In this document: in pieces, positions 59,999 through 64,000 of the stretch | Numbering within the stretch: the first letter of the stretch is position 1 | How the letters are laid out: each line of letters starts with the position of its first letter | Source of the DNA: a virus | Direction: 5' to 3' (one strand) | Length of the DNA stretch: 64,000 nt | IMG/VR virus record: IMGVR_UViG_3300049489_000842 | Coordinates: 24,519 to 88,518 of that record | The notes under the pieces: model-generated | The model's input: the letters and a program-made list of their open reading frames with translations, nothing else | What the model was told of the DNA's origin: nothing | The model's database searches: none | Position numbers and translations under genes: made by a program

Positions 59999-60691
59999 CT
60001 AGTGTCTTTTAAGTTTTTCAGGCAATCCTTCATATTTAAACCCGGCTTCATGTCCCTCCCTTTTTGGGATCAATGATATTATAGAGTTAAATAGTGACTC
60101 TGTTTCCTCGGGATTAGGTATTAGTCTACTTGAAGTAGCTTGACCTAGATACCATGAATACTGAACTTCTGCTCTTTCTAGTACACTTGCTGGCATTAAA
60201 CCTGCTTCAACCGCATGAGTGAAGTACCTTACTTTAACATAGTTCTCTATTGCGAGAAGTAAAGATTCATCATCTGGTATAAGTGGACTTCCGTTCTCAT
60301 CCATGTTCATACCAGTATAAATCAACTCTATTGTTCCTGATTCAAAACTAGTATGAATGTAATCTTCGATATGCTTGTATTGAAGCGTACTTTTACTTAA
60401 GTCTGTAAGTTTATCCGTAAACTTTATTCTATCGTCCTGACTAACTACAAGTCTTTTATAAGTTTTGTTTTCATTGTCAAGTAAAGTTACAGATTTTACT
60501 GTTCTTAAATCTGATGGGATTCGAACTTTAAATCCTATAACTTTCAACTCTACTCTTTTTTCAGTAAAGTACCCTGGCACACCTATCAGCCTTAATACAG
60601 TAGCTACATTAGCTATTATAGCACTCTTGCTAATATTAGCTAGTATAGGATTTTCGTATATCCTAAAGATTAATTTATCTATACTAATCAT
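59999..60691 (-). CDS. tail ring / tubular protein (P22 gp4-like)
   Basis: I.TSF..G.I.L.Y....DE.G.PLIPDD.S...AI..Y. Confidence 0.75.
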   Translation of the reverse strand: MISIDKLIFRIYENPILANISKSAIIANVATVLRLIGVPGYFTEKRVELKVIGFKVRIPSDLRTVKSVTLLDNENKTYKRLVVSQDDRIKFTDKLTDLSKSTLQYKHIEDYIHTSFESGTIELIYTGMNMDENGSPLIPDDESLLLAIENYVKVRYFTHAVEAGLMPASVLERAEVQYSWYLGQATSSRLIPNPEETESLFNSIISLIPKREGHEAGFKYEGLPEKLKRH

Positions 60692-60695
60692 TTCC

Positions 60696-61208
60696 TTAAA
60701 GTTTAAAGTTTGTTTCTATCGCAACAGCTTCTCCGGCTAAAATAGTATCCCTCATAACCACTTTATTATTTCTGTAAACAGAGAACCAATAAAATGCTTT
60801 ATTTACAAAGTTACTTTTTTTCCAGTACACACGATATATAAATCCATTAGTTTCTTCGTTATCTCTGTATATCCTTAGTTTTTTATTTCCAGTTTCTTTA
60901 CAGGCTTTTACTGTAGCCTGAATGTTCAAGACTTTATTTGTTAAAATTGTTCCGTCTTCGTTAATTTTTGTTTCTGGCAAATACTTTATAACAAAAAATT
61001 CTCCTATATCTTTTATGGAGAATTTATATGCATCACAAAGCATCTTTTTGAATATCTTTTGAAAAACTTTAAACAGTATCGCTGTATATAAAGTTTGGCT
61101 CGGAACAATTTTCCTCTTTCTGACTGAGCCTTTTATAAAACTTCTATAGTAATTATAGAGTTTATACAGAACATATACATTTTGTTTTACTCCTCTTTCT
61201 TTTATCAT
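60696..61208 (-). CDS. crAss-conserved IHF/HU-like protein
   Basis: F....IG.F...K, AT.K, N..T.G..YR.YW.K; located between ring genes. Confidence 0.6.
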   Translation of the reverse strand: MIKERGVKQNVYVLYKLYNYYRSFIKGSVRKRKIVPSQTLYTAILFKVFQKIFKKMLCDAYKFSIKDIGEFFVIKYLPETKINEDGTILTNKVLNIQATVKACKETGNKKLRIYRDNEETNGFIYRVYWKKSNFVNKAFYWFSVYRNNKVVMRDTILAGEAVAIETNFKL

Positions 61209-61858
61209 TGCGGTGTTTTATTATCGTCTACAGTATCAATCCTGACTCCTAACTCCTTATAGAGCATTTCAACTATTTCTGGCTTTAAAATATTCCAGAG
61301 ATGTTCAGCTATAGGGTAATCCTCCAATGCTTCTGTTAATTCATTTATTTCTGTTATATCATCCGGAACTTCTAGTATAAGATCCACAGCCACACGTTTT
61401 AAATGCAGTACTACTGTATCTTTAGTGATGAAGTACATTCTTCTATCTGAATCTATAAATGCCACTATAGTATCGTCATTGAAGTAGGCTCCTGCATAAA
61501 CAGCCCTTTGTTTATCCATGTACTCTATCTCAGAGTGTATTCTGTCTATAGGTCGAATCTCTACATTTTTAAATATATTCCTTCCTATAAATCTTGGTAC
61601 TTCTTTTACGGTCCTTAATATTTGCTTTCCAATTGGAACTGATGGTAAATAAGATCTATCGACTCTCTCTGTCTCAAGAAATAGAGTTTGAATATAATCC
61701 AATTTACTTTCTCCCAAGTTTTTTACTTGATGCTGCCTTATATATTTAGCCCTTGTGGTATCAACCAGGTGAAGCAAACGAGAATTTGTTAAGGTTGTAT
61801 CATTTGAATGAGCCCTTAAGCTTTCTTTTAAATCGTATATAATCTTATCTACCAACAT
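61205..61858 (-). CDS. tail ring protein
   Basis: I.YD..E, RAKYIRQ, ILRT...VP, YPI; tail module context. Confidence 0.7.
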   Translation of the reverse strand: MLVDKIIYDLKESLRAHSNDTTLTNSRLLHLVDTTRAKYIRQHQVKNLGESKLDYIQTLFLETERVDRSYLPSVPIGKQILRTVKEVPRFIGRNIFKNVEIRPIDRIHSEIEYMDKQRAVYAGAYFNDDTIVAFIDSDRRMYFITKDTVVLHLKRVAVDLILEVPDDITEINELTEALEDYPIAEHLWNILKPEIVEMLYKELGVRIDTVDDNKTPQ

Positions 61859-61861
61859 ATC

Positions 61862-62221
61862 TTAACGTCTTAAATATTTTAACCAACTAAAAGTAGTCAC
61901 TGACTTATAGTAATAATCGATTTTTTCATTTTTATCAGCTTCCCTTTCGAATGGAATAGCTTTATACGCATCATACCATTTCCATCTAACAAGAAAATGA
62001 ATTAAGTAGAATAAACCGTACAAAATAAAAAATGGTATAATTAAAAGTTTTCGTTGTTGAGCTGCATGAGTCATTTCATGATTAACTAATTCTCTGGCTT
62101 TTTCTACTCCATAAATCTTTACAATATATTCTTTAGGTTTACTGATAAAGATATGAAATAAAGTAATACCTAAAAATCCTTTAGGCACTACTCTTGAATT
62201 ATAGAAAATTTTTACTTCCAT
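61862..62221 (-). CDS. small membrane-associated zincin-like protein
   Basis: GITL, NHEMTH..QQ, hydrophobic helix, Y..IPFEREA. Confidence 0.75.
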   Translation of the reverse strand: MEVKIFYNSRVVPKGFLGITLFHIFISKPKEYIVKIYGVEKARELVNHEMTHAAQQRKLLIIPFFILYGLFYLIHFLVRWKWYDAYKAIPFEREADKNEKIDYYYKSVTTFSWLKYLRR

Positions 62222-62478
62222 TTGTCTAGGTTTAATCTATGTTCATTAATTACACCATCTATCACATGAAGTGTGATTTCCGAGTTTTGAAGTTCTTTTT
62301 TCAATTGATCGATTTTATTGATATAACTGACTTTGATTTGACCAAGCTCCTCAATTCTCTGCTGTGCTGCTTCGATAGCATCTGCAATAGATAAAGTTTT
62401 AGTTACTTCTTCTTGTCTGATTGTTTGTTCAGTAATCTTTTCTTGTATTACTCTTAATTTATTTCCTGCTTTTGTCAT
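62212..62478 (-). CDS. coiled-coil hypothetical protein
   Basis: 88-aa heptad-rich ORF. Confidence 0.7.
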   Translation of the reverse strand: MTKAGNKLRVIQEKITEQTIRQEEVTKTLSIADAIEAAQQRIEELGQIKVSYINKIDQLKKELQNSEITLHVIDGVINEHRLNLDKWK

Positions 62479-62506
62479 TTTATATAGTTTTTATTTAAAT
62501 TGTTCA

Positions 62507-62516
62507 TACAAATTTA
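62507..62516 (-). promoter_or_regulatory. Bacteroidota sigma-70 -7 element
   Basis: Minus strand TAAATTTG(TA) in the gap upstream of 62478. Confidence 0.55.
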
Positions 62517-62535
62517 TAGAAAATATAGTAACTTA

Positions 62536-62901
62536 TTATAATTCTTTTACTTTAATGTGTAATACAGGAAACATATTTTTAAAAAATACTCCCATTTCCT
62601 CTATATCCTCGTCATTCTTTTTGTAATACCATATTATCTTACCAGGGGATTTTTGTAATGTCAGTATATAGAATAAATCATAAACATACCTTTGACTTAA
62701 AGTGTTGTAATAGTCGAATTGAAATGTAAAGTTTATTGAAGCATTCCTTGCTATAAGCCATCTTACAGCTTCCTTTACTTCAATAAATTTGTCATCTATA
62801 CCATTAGCCTTAAAGTTTCCAGAGATTCTACAATCTCCATTTGTTTTTATAAGTACTTCAGGTGTAGTCGCTGTTTTTTCTATATACAAATCTCCTATCA
62901 T
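62536..62901 (-). CDS. siaC: SiaC family (DUF1987) regulatory phosphoprotein homolog
   Basis: DL.I..T..TP.V, G...ISG, F..YYNT.S (phospho-acceptor Thr67), I.WYY...DEDI.E.G..F; the length also matches. Confidence 0.8.
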   Translation of the reverse strand: MIGDLYIEKTATTPEVLIKTNGDCRISGNFKANGIDDKFIEVKEAVRWLIARNASINFTFQFDYYNTLSQRYVYDLFYILTLQKSPGKIIWYYKKNDEDIEEMGVFFKNMFPVLHIKVKEL

Positions 62902-63581
62902 GCTATAGCTTCCTTATATTCACTCAAGTTATTCCATGTGTGTACATCATCAATAAAAGACAATAAAATAACTTTTGTATACTCATCCATAGTATCTATA
63001 AAGTTAGGCCCATCTTCCTCATCAAATCCATTTTCTATTAGAGTAACCTTTAGTAAATCCAGATGTTTGAATGGTATCCGAACATCCTCATTTAAGAAGA
63101 AATCGAGAAAAGATACTGTATGCACTTTACCAGCACTGTACTTATATTTCTTTGTAAGATTTATGTCAAATTTAATATACCTAGTTATAGATGTTTTTAT
63201 GTTTTCGAATTCTATATCCAAGAAATCAGACATCTCATAGTCTATTTTTCTGTATTTACTATAGTAGTACCTAAATGACAATGCTTCTAATTGCCTTGCC
63301 ATCAATTTTAGGATCGCTACGAATGGTTGTGGAAGTTTCGATAAAGCTATAATATTGTAAGCTCTTGTTTGTATTGTACTCCTGAGATTTCTTTCAAATA
63401 CTGACTCATCTATATGAGCCAATAGTTTTTCTTTTATTTCACTTGTTTGTTGGTAATTTTCTTTAAGACTATCGACTATAATTTTATTACTCTTTTTTGA
63501 GTTTCGAGCTTGATTAATCCCAGCTAACACTGCTGGTATGATGGCTATAGCTGCTACAATAATTGCTGAGATTGGTTCCAT
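62898..63581 (-). CDS. membrane-anchored protein (N-terminal TM plus coiled coil plus helical domain)
   Basis: ISAIIVAAIAIIPAVLAGI followed by a basic stretch; ATGA overlap with the siaC-like gene. Confidence 0.7.
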   Translation of the reverse strand: MEPISAIIVAAIAIIPAVLAGINQARNSKKSNKIIVDSLKENYQQTSEIKEKLLAHIDESVFERNLRSTIQTRAYNIIALSKLPQPFVAILKLMARQLEALSFRYYYSKYRKIDYEMSDFLDIEFENIKTSITRYIKFDINLTKKYKYSAGKVHTVSFLDFFLNEDVRIPFKHLDLLKVTLIENGFDEEDGPNFIDTMDEYTKVILLSFIDDVHTWNNLSEYKEAIA

Positions 63582-63603
63582 AAAAAGTTTATATAAATTA
63601 GAT

Positions 63604-63613
63604 TACAAATTTA
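63604..63613 (-). promoter_or_regulatory. Bacteroidota sigma-70 -7 element
   Basis: Minus strand TAAATTTG(TA) in the gap upstream of 63581. Confidence 0.55.
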
Positions 63614-63626
63614 GTATAATAATAGT

Positions 63627-64000
63627 TTAAGTCATAGCCCTATAAATTAAATAACTTCCTTGTTTTGCTGTTATTGCTGAACTAGCAATCTCACTTGCAA
63701 ACCGAATATTGAACAATCCAGTGGAATCCGATAAATGAAATCCTTCAATTACAGCAAAGTTTCCTGCTGCTCTCGAACTACCTGAATTACTTGCTGCTGG
63801 GCTATCAAATGCCGACACCTGTGCATTCCTAGTTTCAGTACCGCCAGCCTGCCCGTAATATGAAGTATATGAGGTGCCTGCTGCTGTACCACTTGCAGTA
63901 ACAGTCCAACGTGAACCAGTAGTTGTTGCGGCTGCATCATAGTATATCACTGCTTTAAAGTAATATAGAACTCCAGATGTTGTACTGAATTGCAAATTTC
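63627..64000 (-). CDS. C-terminal end of a tail fibre/spike-like protein (starts beyond the window)
   Basis: Ser/Thr/Ala/Gly-rich beta-type sequence ending RFASE......TAK.GSYL.Y. Confidence 0.65.
   Translation of the reverse strand, partial: NLQFSTTSGVLYYFKAVIYYDAAATTTGSRWTVTASGTAAGTSYTSYYGQAGGTETRNAQVSAFDSPAASNSGSSRAAGNFAVIEGFHLSDSTGLFNIRFASEIASSAITAKQGSYLIYRAMT

Noticed and set aside
21462-60740. Many 60-170-aa ORFs antisense to the large genes (e.g. 47999..48505, 48328..48708)
   Set aside because: Shadow ORFs fully overlapping well-supported genes, with no recognisable motifs
1-64000. Stop-codon reassignment (TAG/TGA), known in some crAss-like phages
   Set aside because: Genes up to 2916 aa are intact in the standard code, TAG and TGA end genes right before the next start, and no suppressor tRNA is seen
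55794-64000. Diversity-generating retroelement acting on tail genes
   Set aside because: No reverse transcriptase and no template/variable repeat pair visible in this window

Overview
A 64-kb, AT-rich, gene-dense segment of a crAss-like (Crassvirales-type) podophage genome, read in the standard genetic code. The host is most likely Bacteroidota: most starts have A-rich leaders without Shine-Dalgarno motifs, and TAnnTTTG promoter elements sit upstream of several genes. There are four strand blocks. (i) + 1-21348: two URI-like paralogs, two structured non-coding regions, a family A DNA polymerase split by an HNH-encoding group I intron, SF2 and DnaB helicases, a Sak4-like ATPase, an SSB-like protein, primase, rIIA/rIIB, nucleases, a DnaA-C HTH protein and a secreted lytic transglycosylase. 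(ii) - 21374-28069: one 2231-aa polyvalent virion protein. (iii) + 28122-35817: a variable accessory block with dUTPase, a dNMP kinase interrupted by 5 nt in its P-loop, and an M23 peptidase. (iv) - 35901-64000: the virion module, with cargo proteins, ferritin, a 2916-aa virion RNA polymerase, muzzle/ring tail proteins, a SiaC-like protein and a tail fibre end. The best leads are the cluster of structured and tRNA-like RNAs at 1.1-2.1 kb, a promoter-bracketed cassette carrying a SiaC homolog, tandem URI-like nuclease paralogs, the interrupted dNMP kinase and a recurring GG motif in cargo proteins. All calls come from motif recognition by eye; no searches or folding programs were run.
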